Shown: positions 29,268 to 40,770 of the stretch, piece by piece | Layout of the letters: the number at the start of each line of letters is the position of its first letter | How positions within the stretch are numbered: position 1 is the stretch's first letter | Source of the DNA: Phaeosaccion multiseriatum | Taxonomy: Eukaryota; Protista; Ochrophyta, other classes | Length of the DNA stretch: 64,000 bases | Direction of reading: 5' to 3' | Assembly: GCA_965112735.1 (NCBI GenBank) | Contig: OZ218962.1 | Span: forward strand, 2,728,001 to 2,792,000 | Notes under the pieces: model-generated | What the model was told of the DNA's origin: nothing | Databases searched by the model: none | Seen by the model: the letters and a program-made list of their open reading frames with translations, nothing else | Program-made: the position numbers and the translations under genes

Positions 29268-31382
29268 CCCGGCATCAGACATACACAGAGGGAAAGAGAG
29301 ACACACACATGCAATACGCACACGAGCGCACGCACCCACGCACGCACGCACGTACGCCCACCCACTACGCTACCTACCCACCAACGGCCTCCCTCCCAAT
29401 CCACCGCTTGCTACCTAGCTCACGCACGCACGCACCAATCCACCACCCACACACCCACGCACCCACGCACCCACCCGACCGACACACCACCCGACCCACC
29501 CGCCATGGCAGTTCGATCGCTCGTGCTGCGGGGTACAAAGCTGCGAGTAGCCACGGGTACGCACGACTACCGCCAAAAGCACAAGCGCAAACTGCACCGC
29601 AAATGGGTGTGGAAGACACTCTTCTTTCAAGACGTGCCCCTCACCGTCCTAGTCGCACTCCTTCTTCGAATCTTCTTCGTCCACCCCGGCCGCCCAGGCT
29701 TCTGTTCAATGCACGAGCCGTGGCAGTTTGTGGTGCCGCTGAAGGGGTGCATTTATCTGTACGAGGTGTACTGGGCAAGGCGGGTCATCTCGTGTAACGA
29801 TGGGTACGTACGTGACTTACTCATCCTTACGTATCCTTACTTGTCCTTTCGTATTCTCACCATGCATACTGATCCCTCGCCGAGTGGATGGTCATCACCC
29901 ACCACTCCCGTGTTGATGAGGGCCTCGCTCTCTGTCCTCACATGCAAGAAGATTGTAATCACCCATTTGTCATTTCTACACACCCATTGATAGATTTCTC
30001 TCTCATTCTCTACCTCCCTCATCCCACTTGTGGAACCGCTGCTGCATACCGTACTCCTCCCTCCTCTTTCCCATTTCTCCCTCGCGCGTCTCCTCTCTCT
30101 CCTTCTCTCTCTCGCTCTCTCTCCCTCCCCCTCCTCCTCCCATCCCTCCTCCCCCCTCCTCTCCCATCCCTCCTCCCCCTTCTCAGCCTTCGCGTCGGTC
30201 AAGAACTAGTTGTGGCCTCAGTATTGCAGGGTGTATTTGACCTGCTCTTCATACTGCTACTCGTGATCAGCCGTGCAGCCCCAGAGACCCTGACACTGGG
30301 CGAGTCGCTCAACCTTCTGCTTGTGCCGCCCATGGTCATCCTGCCGTATCTTCACTTGGCCTACTGGGGACGGCTGAGGTGGATTGCTCAGTCCAGCTCC
30401 AGCGGTAGCCCCAGCGGCTCGACAACGACTGGCAGGAGTAGGAGTGGATTTTACAACAAGTATTCGATTCTCTTCGCGGGGAAGGTTGCACCGGTCGACG
30501 AGGTAAGGAAGGGCGGGAGGGAATGAAGGAAGGAAGGAAGGAAGGAAGGAAGGAAGGAAGGAAGGAAGGAAGGAAGGAAGGAAGGAAGGAAGGAGGGAAG
30601 GAAGGAGCGACTGTTCTACGCTGCCTACATGCTAACGGATTGACTGAGTGATTGCATGTATAGTTAATGTACTCGCCTCGCCTTCTTTCTTACCAGGAGG
30701 AGGCAACTCCTTTTCCTGGATCCCCTCCCGAAGGTCGGTGGGGAGAAACGGCATGGTGGTGCCCGTGGTCGAGTGCTCCGTGGATAAACAGGCAAGAGTC
30801 CAAGTGGGCCGCGGCAAGAGAAGCTGACGAGAAGGGGCAGTGGGGAGAGGCAAGAGGAGGTGACGATAGGTGGATACTCTAGACAGCGGGCGGGCAAGTG
30901 TGTTGCGGCAGGTCACCGGCCGGTTGTGGTCCCCTTGTCCTCTTGGTCTCGATGTATGCACGAGGAGGGCTGACGCACCATTCACACCAACCCCACACCC
31001 CACCACACCCCACCACACCCCTCCCCACACCCCCTTCAGAAAGTGAGCGGGCTGCTGGCCAAGTTCGAGTCGATTTCGGATGTAATGGCGGACGAAGAGC
31101 TCGACAGTCTCTTGCAGTGCTTCTTGAGGCGCATGATATGCATCGAGTCACACTCCTTCCTCAGGGCGGTGGACAAGTATCGAGCGCTTATGCGGCCACC
31201 TGCGCCTCCGGCTGTATCACCAACTGCTACATCATCACCAGGCCTAAGCACGCGGCTAGCCACACGATGGCAGAACCTAAGGTCCAGCCTGACAAGTCCT
31301 TCTGCTGTGCAGATTCCTGGCGGCGGCGGCGGCGGCGGCGGCTTGTTTGCTGTGGTACGGGCTGCTGCTGCTGCTCATGCTC

Positions 31383-31414
<32 letters not shown>

Positions 31415-32873
31415 CATGCTCCTGCTGCTGGGGATGCCGATGCCGATGCTGCTGTACCACCAACTGCTGGTGGTGCTGGGGATGAGGATGGCGGTAGCCA
31501 AGGACCAGCGGTCGCCGGGCTTCTGCCGCAGGATACTACTGTGCCTCCAAAGAAGCCCTACCCTCCCCCGCGAAGACAGCGATCCTCCACGAACCCCGAT
31601 ATCCGACTTGATGCCCTGAGTGTCGTCAGTGACGACTCAGCCCACTCCCTTGCTGGGTTTGGGTTCAAGCACCCGGGTGGCGACTTGGCAGTGCTGCTGT
31701 CGCAGGAGATTGAGTCACGAGATGATGGGGGGAGGAGACTGCCCCCCCTGTCGGCGGCGTCACTGTCTCCCTTGGGGTCGCCAACGTCTGCCTCAATCTC
31801 GCCGCTTCCTCCGCTTCGCAGGGGCGGAGGAGGGGCAGGAGGGGTATCAAGAGGAGGCTTAGGAGGAGGAGGAGGAGGAGGAAGAGGAGGAGGAGGAGGA
31901 GGAGGAGGAGGAGGAGGCGGAGACGGAGGAGGAGGAGGAGGAGGAGGAGGAGGAGGAGGAGGAGGAGCAGCAGCAGCAGCAGGAGGAGGAGGAGGAGGAG
32001 GAGGAGGAGGAGGAGGAGGAGGAGGAGGGGCAAGAGGAGAAGGGGAGAGGAGCGCAATGCCTGCCGATGCTGTGGATGTATCACCAGCGGGTTCTGTGTT
32101 TGCGGAGGGTGCCTTTACTCACTACCAGTCAGTCTGCGATTTGTTTCTTCGAAGCGACTGTGAGATGGAGGTGAATGTCAACGCAACGATGAGGAAGAAG
32201 GCGTTGTCCCTGTATGACAAGTCGGTGTATGCTTCGGCTCGAGAGGTGAGCGATGCGAAGAGGGGAGGGAGGGAGGGAGGAAGCGAGGGAGGGAGGGAGG
32301 GGGGGAGGGAGGGGGGGGGGGAGGGAGAGAGGGAGAGAGGGAGGGAGGGAAGGAGGGAGGGAGGGAGGGAGTGAGGGAGGTAGGAAGGGAGGGAGGGAGG
32401 GAGGGAGGGAGGGAGGGAGGGAGGAAAAGGAGGGATGGCGGAGGGAGAGGGAGGGAAAAGCAAGACACACAAGCCTGCAAATGAGTGTGACTCACAGCAG
32501 CATCGCTCGTGCTTCATCCCCAGTCAGTCAATCTGTGGCTCTGTGCTCGCTCGTGATGGCGTGCCACCGCTTCCCGCCCGGCTCACTGACGGACTGACTG
32601 ACGGGCTGACTAACCTGCTCTTCGCTCTGCTGTACTGTGCCCGGCCGGCGGTACCTCACGGATTGATTCACCCCTTCCTCCCCCTCCCCCAGGACCAGCG
32701 AAGAACTGTTCTGGATCCACCCGCGCAGGAGATTGAGCATATGATGAGTCAGAACTTTTGTAAGTCCACACTCGGTCTCTGCCTCTCTCTCTATCTTCGT
32801 GCTTGGGTGTATGTGTGTGTGTGTGTGAGTGTGTGTGTGTGTGTGTGCTCGAGTGTGTGTTGTGCATGTGTGA

Positions 32874-32910
<37 letters not shown>

Positions 32911-33641
32911 TGTGTGTGTATGTGAGTGAGTGAGTGAGTGAGTGAGGATGTTTGCTCGAGTGTGTGTTGTGCATGTGTGAGTGTGTGTGTGCTCGAGTGT
33001 GTGATGGTGTGAGTATGTGTGAGTGAGTGTATGCGTGAGTGTGTGTGTGAGTGAGTGAGTGAGTGTATGTGTGTATGTATGTGAGTGAGTGAGTGAGTGA
33101 GTGTGTGTGTGTGTGCTCGAGTGTGTGTTGTGTATGTGTGAGTGTGTGTGTGAGTGTGTGCGTGTGAGTGAGTGAGTGTGTGTGTGTGTGAGAGAGAGAG
33201 AGTGTGTGTGTTGGTGTGAGTATGTGTGTGCATTTGCGTATGTGCGTGTGTGTGCGGGTAGGTGCGCGTGCGAAAAGTCCCCTCGACTGCCCTTGTGCCG
33301 ACACTGTCGACTCGGAGACCCAATTACTGCACAATAACTGCCAATATCTGCCCCCCTTACTTACGCCATGCGAGGGCCCAGCTCACTCCCTCTCTTCGGG
33401 CCGCCTTGCCTCTATTCCACTCTCTGCCATCCTCTGCCATCCTCGCTCTCTCCTCTGGCCTAATGGCCATCTCCCCTCATCAGTCGCCAAGTTCCTCTCA
33501 GACGTGAAGGTGTTGAACATTCTCACTCTGCGCGACAAGCTGGCAGCATCAAGGGTCGAAGCACCAACAACAGCAGAAGCAACACCAATTGCAGCAGAGG
33601 AGCCATGGTCCAGAGCGGGGCCTGAAGGTAAGGGGGGGTAA
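27792..33641 (+). CDS. Seven-transmembrane RGS (regulator of G-protein signalling) protein
   Basis: In-frame exons 27792-27894, 28303-28341, 28849-28965, 29512-29803, 30187-30502, 31040-32245, 32693-32759, 33484-33641; an extra exon near 30697-30870 is uncertain. Seven hydrophobic segments with VRARSP and FPC motifs. RGS motifs: 'LQCFLRRMICIESHSFLRAVDKYR', 'FLRSDCEMEVNVN', 'AQEIEHMMSQNFFAKFLSD'. Confidence 0.85.
32805..33258 (+). repeat. (GT)n/(GAGT)n compound microsatellite in the last 7TM-RGS intron
   Basis: Direct reading. Confidence 0.9.
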
Positions 33642-35665
33642 AACCAGCCCCCTCCACTATTCACACTAGTAGCCTGCATCTGCTGCTGCTCACACAGTAC
33701 TGACGTCAGAAGCAAAACACGAGCGCTGTTGTTGGTGAGGTCGAGGAGGGGAGGGAGGGCAAGACCTCTACGACGAAGACGACGAAGATGTTGACGACGA
33801 ATATGACACGACTGGGAAGGTGAAAGCGAGGAGCGTTCGCAGAACACTCTCTCTCTCTCTGCGACAACGACTGCCAAGTGTGGGCGATGGAGGAACAGCC
33901 TGGTCAGCCGAATCAGTCGGATGAGCTTGGGCAGCAGGCTGAGGTGGGAGGAAAAGGGGATCCTGCGGGGGAGGGGAGCACGAGAAGTGTGTGAGGGTCG
34001 ACTCGCCGGCGGTTCTTTAGGAGATGGTGGTGAAAGGAAAGAGAAGTACGCAACAAAACGAGGGGCGGGACCGAGTACGTAAGTAAGCAAGTAAGTAAGT
34101 AAGTAAGGAAGTAAAAAAAGTAAGAAAGAGGGAGGAGGATCAGAATAGGCAGGGGAGTACGCCAAAGAAGGAGCAGGAGCGCGAGTACGCAGAAAGTAGA
34201 GCTGTAGATGATCTGGCATAGAGGATGAGGATGGGGCAAAGAGGATTGACCATAGATGATGGGACATGGAGGAGTGGCTGTCCGGGCGGGGCACACGCCC
34301 TCGAGCCTTTGAGACACGCAGAGAGAAAGTCCAGAGCGAAGTCCTGAAGTTTCATATTTGTGAAGACACGACAATTTGGTGCTGCTGCGCGGTCAAACCA
34401 AAGTAGGTCCACCAAGGAGGGAGGGGAGGGAGGGGAGGGGAAAGGAGGGGAGGGGAAAGGAGGGGAGGGGAGGGGAGGGGACGGAAGGGAAGGGAGGGGG
34501 GGTAGGGCAGGAGGACAGGAGGAGGGGAAGGGGAGGGGGGTGTGCATGGGGTGCACGAGAGAGCGAACTTTTATGCTTTTCTTCGCTCTCGGTATGTGCA
34601 CAGCACCTGTTATGTCCAACGATACCAAATAGTAGAAGCATCATTTTGTTATAAGGGAGAAGGAGAAGAAGTTGTCTTGATATGTTTCCTAAGCATAGGA
34701 AGTAAGCATAATTTTGGTCGAAGTTAATGAGACGAATGCATTCCTTTTAAAGAGCTCGTCGACCTCCTTGAAGGACCGCTGGCCTTGAGTTGCCTATCAA
34801 TCACGGCGCCTATTCTTCCCCCCAGCCGATTCCGTGTGCCTTGAATTCCTCCCCTTTCGCAGCCCCCGTTTTCCTGGACAGGCAATGTAAAATGACCGGC
34901 GTATCCCCTTCTTTTGTGCAGTGTCGCTTCACCAGATGGTAAGGAAGAATTGCGATTTTCGCATTGACCTCAACAAAAGCAATATTATGAGATGGACTGT
35001 CCATAAAGTTTGGCTGATACAATTCCTCGATTGCTCGATTAACAGCAACTTGATCATCACCTTCGAGTTCCACTCGCTGCAGCATATTGGACGTAATTTC
35101 AACCGAATTGGTACTAGCCCTAAAAAAAGCAAATCCCATGCACGCAGTGTACCCTCCCCATTTATCCGCAACTTCGCGAGGATATGTGCCACGCGACAGA
35201 ACCGCATCATACGCCCATAGTGGCGTGTCGTTGATTTCCATGTCGAAGAGAGCACTGCTGAAAGGGTCTTTTATCCAGATGGCATCAGCGTCGGAAAGAA
35301 TTACTGATATACCATTCCTAACAAGCTCGTTGAGCACCTGCACACGGTGGACCCATACGTGCTGAATATTCTGTAGCGTAGATGGAATCAAGTGTGGGCA
35401 TATGTGCATTGACTGCAGAAAGGATAGATCGTGCAACGACAGATCGTGTCCACTGCTGCTGATCGGCAATCCAGACAGCAAATCAAAAACGTCTTGGTCC
35501 GCTGTGGTCACCAGTAAGCCATGCTTGCTTACATTTGTATGAATGTACTTCGCCCACATAAGGAATACGTCAATGTAGGCCAGGTTAACGAAGGTGAATA
35601 TTACCGTAGAGGAAAGCCCGAGCTGGAACGAAACACCTTTTGCACATTGAGTAAGAGCGCCATTT

Positions 35666-37234
35666 AGGGCCGTTCTTATCGTGCAAAAAAAGACCAAAAA
35701 AAAAAAAAAAAAAAAAGTGCGAAATAGCCTAGACCCACGGGATGGGCGTACGCGAGGAGCTTCAAAAAGTGCGAAATGGCTCCAGACGAAAACTGCCCAG
35801 TGGAGCCCAAAAAGTGCGAAGTGCGAAATGGCGAAGGGGGGAAAGTGACAAATTTGAAAAGGGGGAGGGAAAAGATGAGAAATAAAGAGCAAGATGCCCG
35901 CCAAGACGTGTAGAAGCGGAACTGATAGGCAAACAGGAAGCAGTCGCCTCACGGGAAGTAATGGGCCGACACAGACGGTGGTGGAAGGGGGGGAACCCCC
36001 GCGGCGCGTGCTGCTGCGGCAAATCCGAAGCCGGGTAAGGACGGCCCTATAGGCGCAGCCCCGGCGCCTATACCACCAGGAGCTACGGCAGCACCACCAG
36101 GAGCTACGGCAGCACCACCAGGAGCTACGGCACCACCACCAGGAGCTACGGCACCACCACCAGGAGAGCTACGGCACCACCAGGAGCTACGGCACCACCA
36201 CCAGCAGCTATACGGCACCACCACCAGGAGCTACGGCACCACCACGGGCAGCACCGGCGGTGGTGCTAGCTGCAGCGACAGGGGCTTCGACGGATCCCGA
36301 CCTGCGTGTGGACGGGTATTGGCTTTTTCTTAGCGGGCGGCGCCTCTGCCAGATGGCGGACCCCCCGTGTGTTCAGGGCGATTCCTTGATTTCCAGCAGG
36401 GAAACCCGCCCTACATGAACTCCTGCGACTTTGAGGGTTGCACGGGGCGTGTCCACGTAGAGTGCGCGATGAAGCTCAAAAGGTCGCGGGAGAAGAGAGT
36501 AGAGCACTCTTCGAAATTGATTTGGAAGCTTTTTTTGCGGGGAGGAGTGCGCCAAGAGAGTGCCTTTGAACAGGACAGGAGTGCGCCAAGAGTGCCTTTT
36601 CACTTTGCTTCAGCCACCCGATGGCCACCAACCCCGCCGCCAGCGCTCTCGTCGTCTGTCGTCTGGAGCATGATCCTTACAGGCGCATCTTCGTCACTTG
36701 AGGGGGACGAGCAGGCATCAGACGAAGCAGCATCACCATGTCCTGCATTGCCCCCCACCGCGGCGCCTTCCCCCAACGCACTGATGTCCACACCTCCCGC
36801 ACTATGGAAGCCAACCCCTCCTTGTGCAAGGGGTGACCATTCACCGCCCGTCACAGCCATCCCTCCTCCATGGGCGCGTCACAGCCTCCTGCCTCGCGTA
36901 GCGATATATCGCTGAATGGTTTATAGCGAGCTAATGACTCCTTATATATCGCTACACTCAATGCAAATGGCCTGCTCGTTTGAAATGGTCTGCCCGCCAA
37001 AATATAATAGTAAAATGGATATATTTCGCCCTTTTCCCCCCCGCACAGCCCGCAGCACGATAGGAAAGGGACGGCGTAAAAAAAAGGGCGAAATGGCATA
37101 ATTAGCAGTTTTCCCCTTTTTTTTTGGGGCTTTTTTTTTTGCGCCGATAGGAACGGGCCGGGGCCAAAAAGTGTTAAATGGCATTTCGCACTTTTTTTTT
37201 TCGTCGTTTTTTGCCACACGATAAGAACGGCCCT
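35666..37234. mobile_element. Non-autonomous TIR DNA transposon, 1569 bp, with 3-bp TSD (TTT); possibly PIF/Harbinger-like
   Basis: Perfect 18-bp TIR: AGGGCCGTTCTTATCGTG (35666-35683) and CACGATAAGAACGGCCCT (37217-37234). TTT flanks both sides. Subterminal AAAAAGTGCGAAAT motifs are mirrored as CATTTCGCACTTTTT at the other end. No transposase ORF is visible. Confidence 0.92.
36072..36245 (+). repeat. Minisatellite (CCAGGAGCTACGGCACCACCA-like, about 8 units) inside the transposon
   Basis: Direct reading; units are 18-23 bp. Confidence 0.9.
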
Positions 37235-37986
37235 TTTACAGAGGAATTATGATTGAAGCCCCCCATAATTAATGGGGTTTGTTGAGCGTAAATGCAGCAA
37301 CACACCAGTAACGCGAACATTATAACAAACATGGTAGTAACATTCCTTCCTTCCCTCTTGGGAAGGAAGGAGAGAAGGGAAGGAATGAAGGAGAGAAGGG
37401 GAGAAAAAAAAGTCCCATTGACTTACTGTGTCCCATTGACTTACTACTTTTTTTTGCCAAAATCGTGCAGCCGCCCATTTCGTTGAAGAGAAAGGAGGTA
37501 AGTATGGGAGGATCGCAATGGCTTTTCCTCTCTTGTGCGGCACTTGCAGGCCTTGCTGCTTCTGAGGTGAATTCTGCGGTCAGATGTGTTTCTCCCGTTA
37601 GAAAGCACTCTGGATATGTGCAGAGACAGTAGAGGGAGAGGAGCAGAAGAGGAAGCTACGGGAGGAGATGGTGTATGCCCAGAAGGCAGTACGCGAATTC
37701 TTTCCTGTCTTACTCCGTGGGGTGGGGAGGCAGGGATGAAAGCGATCACGTAGACCTCTTCTCCCTCACGTTGCCTGACTTGTACCATTTTTTGTTTACC
37801 CTACACCCACGCCAGGAAAGCCCGCAGTAAGGCTTGCATCTCCTCCCAGAAGCAGCAGCAGGATCCGTGTAAGGCAAAGGAAAGCTGGGTTTGCACACTG
37901 CCTAAATTGGGAAGAGGAGGGCACAGACGAGGGGCGACACTGGGCATCCAAACGTAGCTCGGAGGGCGGAGAACAGGTCTATTCTA

Positions 37987-38630
37987 ATGCAGCGCACCCT
38001 CTCTATCATGGGCTCTGCGACGGCATTGGCGCTTTTGCTTCTAGCCTCGGCATCCCATGCCTTCATGACACCATTACACACACCACAGCGAGCCGCAGGA
38101 GGAGCAGCAGGAGGAGCACGAGGAGGAGGAGGAGGGGCAGTAGCAGTAGACACAAGAGCAGCAACAGCAGGAGCAGCAACAGGGGCGGGGAGGGCTCGAA
38201 ATGTTGACGAGCTGTGCAGGAGAGGCTCTGCGCTGGCTTTGGCTTCCGCGGTGGACTCGGAGGTTCCTCTTAATGTGAGCCCCCCAGAGAAGGAAGGAGG
38301 AATGTAGTGTGTTGGCCCACCCACATCAAGGATGACATGATAGCTCATAACGAAGAGGAAATGAAGGGGGAAGGGGGGGGGGTGGAGGGCGAAGCGAGGG
38401 GAGAAGGGTGCGCAGAAGAAGGACTGACCGTCGGGGAAGTGTCTGTGAGCGTGTTTGGGTGCTGTGGGCGGAGGGCAGAGGGTATAGCGAAGCCTTCCGT
38501 AAAGGAGGCTGTCCGACGCATGCCGACGATGGGGCTCCGATTGGATGTCCTCCTCTCCGTGCTACTCTGTCCCCCTCATGCTCCCTCCTCTTTGTGCCCC
38601 GTTCCGCCCAACAACACAATCTCTCTCCCT

Positions 38631-38661
<31 letters not shown>

Positions 38662-38703
38662 GCCCGCACGCACCCGCACGCACTCATACACACACACACA
38701 CAC

Positions 38704-38743
<40 letters not shown>

Positions 38744-38807
38744 GCCCGCACGCACCCGCACGCACTCATACACACACACCCACACCCACACCCACACACA
38801 TGTGCAC

Positions 38808-38872
<65 letters not shown>

Positions 38873-39249
38873 AGGCTGCCCGGCAGGAGTGCCTCTACGA
38901 TATGGTCTATGTGGAGCGCCTCCCCGACGAAGTCATCACCACGAGCGGCCTCCTCCTGCCCACTAAGCAAGATCCCCGCCTCCATGTCGGCAAGATCCTC
39001 TCCATCGGACCAGGGCGAGAGGGAGAAGGGGGCTATGTGACTGAGCCTGCGGGGATTAAGGTCGGCGACCTTGTCTATCTCAAGGACCCTTGGGGCATTG
39101 GTCCGCGTGACGACGAGTTCTCAGGGAGAAAGTTCTCCTTTGTCAAGTACGAGAGCATTTGTGCAGTGGTGCCCGACGAGGGAGGAGCGTACGAAGAAGC
39201 GGCGAGGAAGAGCGGAGCCATGATGGAGGCTGAGCCCGGCTTTGATTAA
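37987..39249 (+). CDS. Plastid-targeted co-chaperonin Cpn10/GroES-like protein
   Basis: Exons 37987-38274 (AAT|GTGAGC) and 38875-39249. A signal peptide ending ASHA|FMTP (ASAFAP-type) is followed by a transit peptide. GroES motifs: [40 protein letters not shown]. Confidence 0.85.
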
Positions 39250-40770
39250 TTAAAATTAAAGATGGAGAGGGAAGGGAAAGGGGGAGGGGGGGGGTGTTTT
39301 CTCTTGGAGTAGGAGAGAGAGGGCAGGGGAGAAGAGAGGGGTGTGGAGAGTGAGTAGAGACGGTGGGGGGGGGGGGGGGGGGGGGGGCCGGACTACGAGC
39401 ACGGGCGCGATTTGGAAAGTAGAATGAATATGGAGTTCTCGTCTATGGGTGTTGTGGTTTTGTTGTTGTTCAAGCAAGAGGCGGCCCGCGCTGGATGCAG
39501 CAGGTGGAGACACGGCACAGCTGGCCGGGCTTATTCCTCACCCTCACAGAGCGCCGTTTGTGAGGAGGCCTGGCAAGGGCAGTGATACTCTCTGGAGAAG
39601 GATGGTCGGAGAAGCGGCAGCAGCAGCAGCAGTAGCAGTTGGTGATACAAGAAAACCTTAAGAGCAGCAGACACACAAACAAGTCCAGCAATGGCAAATG
39701 AATGCTCTATTGTTGAACTGTTTTACCATGGTGACTACCCTCATATTGGCCCTCATATTGGAGAGAAGACGCGACGACGCGCTTCAGCCTTGTCTTTTCT
39801 CACCGCCGGGCCACCGACACACGCCTTCACACCCGCCTCGCACTGCTATACTGCTACACACGCACATTCTTTTGCTTCTTTCCCCCTCTCCTCCTTTGCT
39901 TTATACCCTCCTTGAACTGCTACACTGCTACACATATACATATTTTGCTTCATACCCTCCTTGAACTGCTATACTCCTACACATACACATATTTTGCTTG
40001 GCGCCGCTCGCTACATACAAGCACACGGAGTCTTGCTGCCCCTTCGCTTCAACACGCCTCCCCCCACCCCGCACCGGCTCGGAAACACAAGTCCAACGCG
40101 GGCAAAAGCGATATGCCTTACGTCACTAACTGTAAGGAGGCGTCCGCTTACAGTTACGTAACTGTAAGGAGGGGTCCGCCTTAGATCGGTGATGAGGTTT
40201 CGAAAGTGGGGTGGACTTGTGGTCCATCCACTGTCATCCTCCCGAAGCCCCCTGCACCCCAGGGCTGAGCTGCAAACAGATGCGGAAGCCTCCACGCCAC
40301 GCATTTTCTCTCCTGAGTGTATCTTTCTCCCCCGCCTCTATTTTCTGCTACCCTACGATACCCTCTATCGCACACACACACATACGTAATACTTACTTAA
40401 GTTGATTTCTGTAAGTCAATATAATCCCCCTCCAAACGAGAGGCATGCTACTCTATACACCAAACCCCGTTGTGGCTGACCGATGATGAAGGGCATAAGA
40501 TGGATCACAGATGGATCACATAGAGTCAATTGCCTCCCCTCCTCTCCGGGCTCCCCGGTGTCTTCCTTTCCCCCATCTGCCTCCCTCTTCCCTGTCTCTA
40601 CACAAACACACTTATACACACCTACCCACCCACACACACACACACCCACAAACACAACCACACGCACACAACCACACCCACATGTACACCCATACACACC
40701 CACACATGATCCAAAAACATCCACATACACCCCGCCACACATGCCACCACCACCACAACCACCCCACGGC

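Larger units (their letters stand above)
34810..37332 (-). pseudogene. Nucleotide-diphospho-sugar transferase (GT77-like glycosyltransferase) interrupted by a DNA transposon
   Basis: The 5' piece 37332-37235 encodes the hydrophobic leader MFVIMFALLVCCCIYAQ. The 3' piece 35662-34810 has VILSDADAIW (DxD), CMGFAFFRAS, DDQVAVN and ILHC. Removing the element plus one TTT gives an intact 316-aa ORF. Confidence 0.85.

Noticed and set aside
33650-34560. Minus-strand ORFs 33383-34294, 33913-34374 and 34140-34628
   Set aside because: No recognisable domain or consistent exon chain; probably UTR or intergenic.
35666-35952. Hydrophobic N-terminus of ORF 34810-35952 as the glycosyltransferase anchor
   Set aside because: It is transposon end sequence (poly-T/TIR); the genuine leader is at 37332-37235.
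36072-36245. Repeat arrays here and at 44991-45112 as CRISPR-like
   Set aside because: The units are contiguous without unique spacers, the context is eukaryotic, and there are no cas genes.
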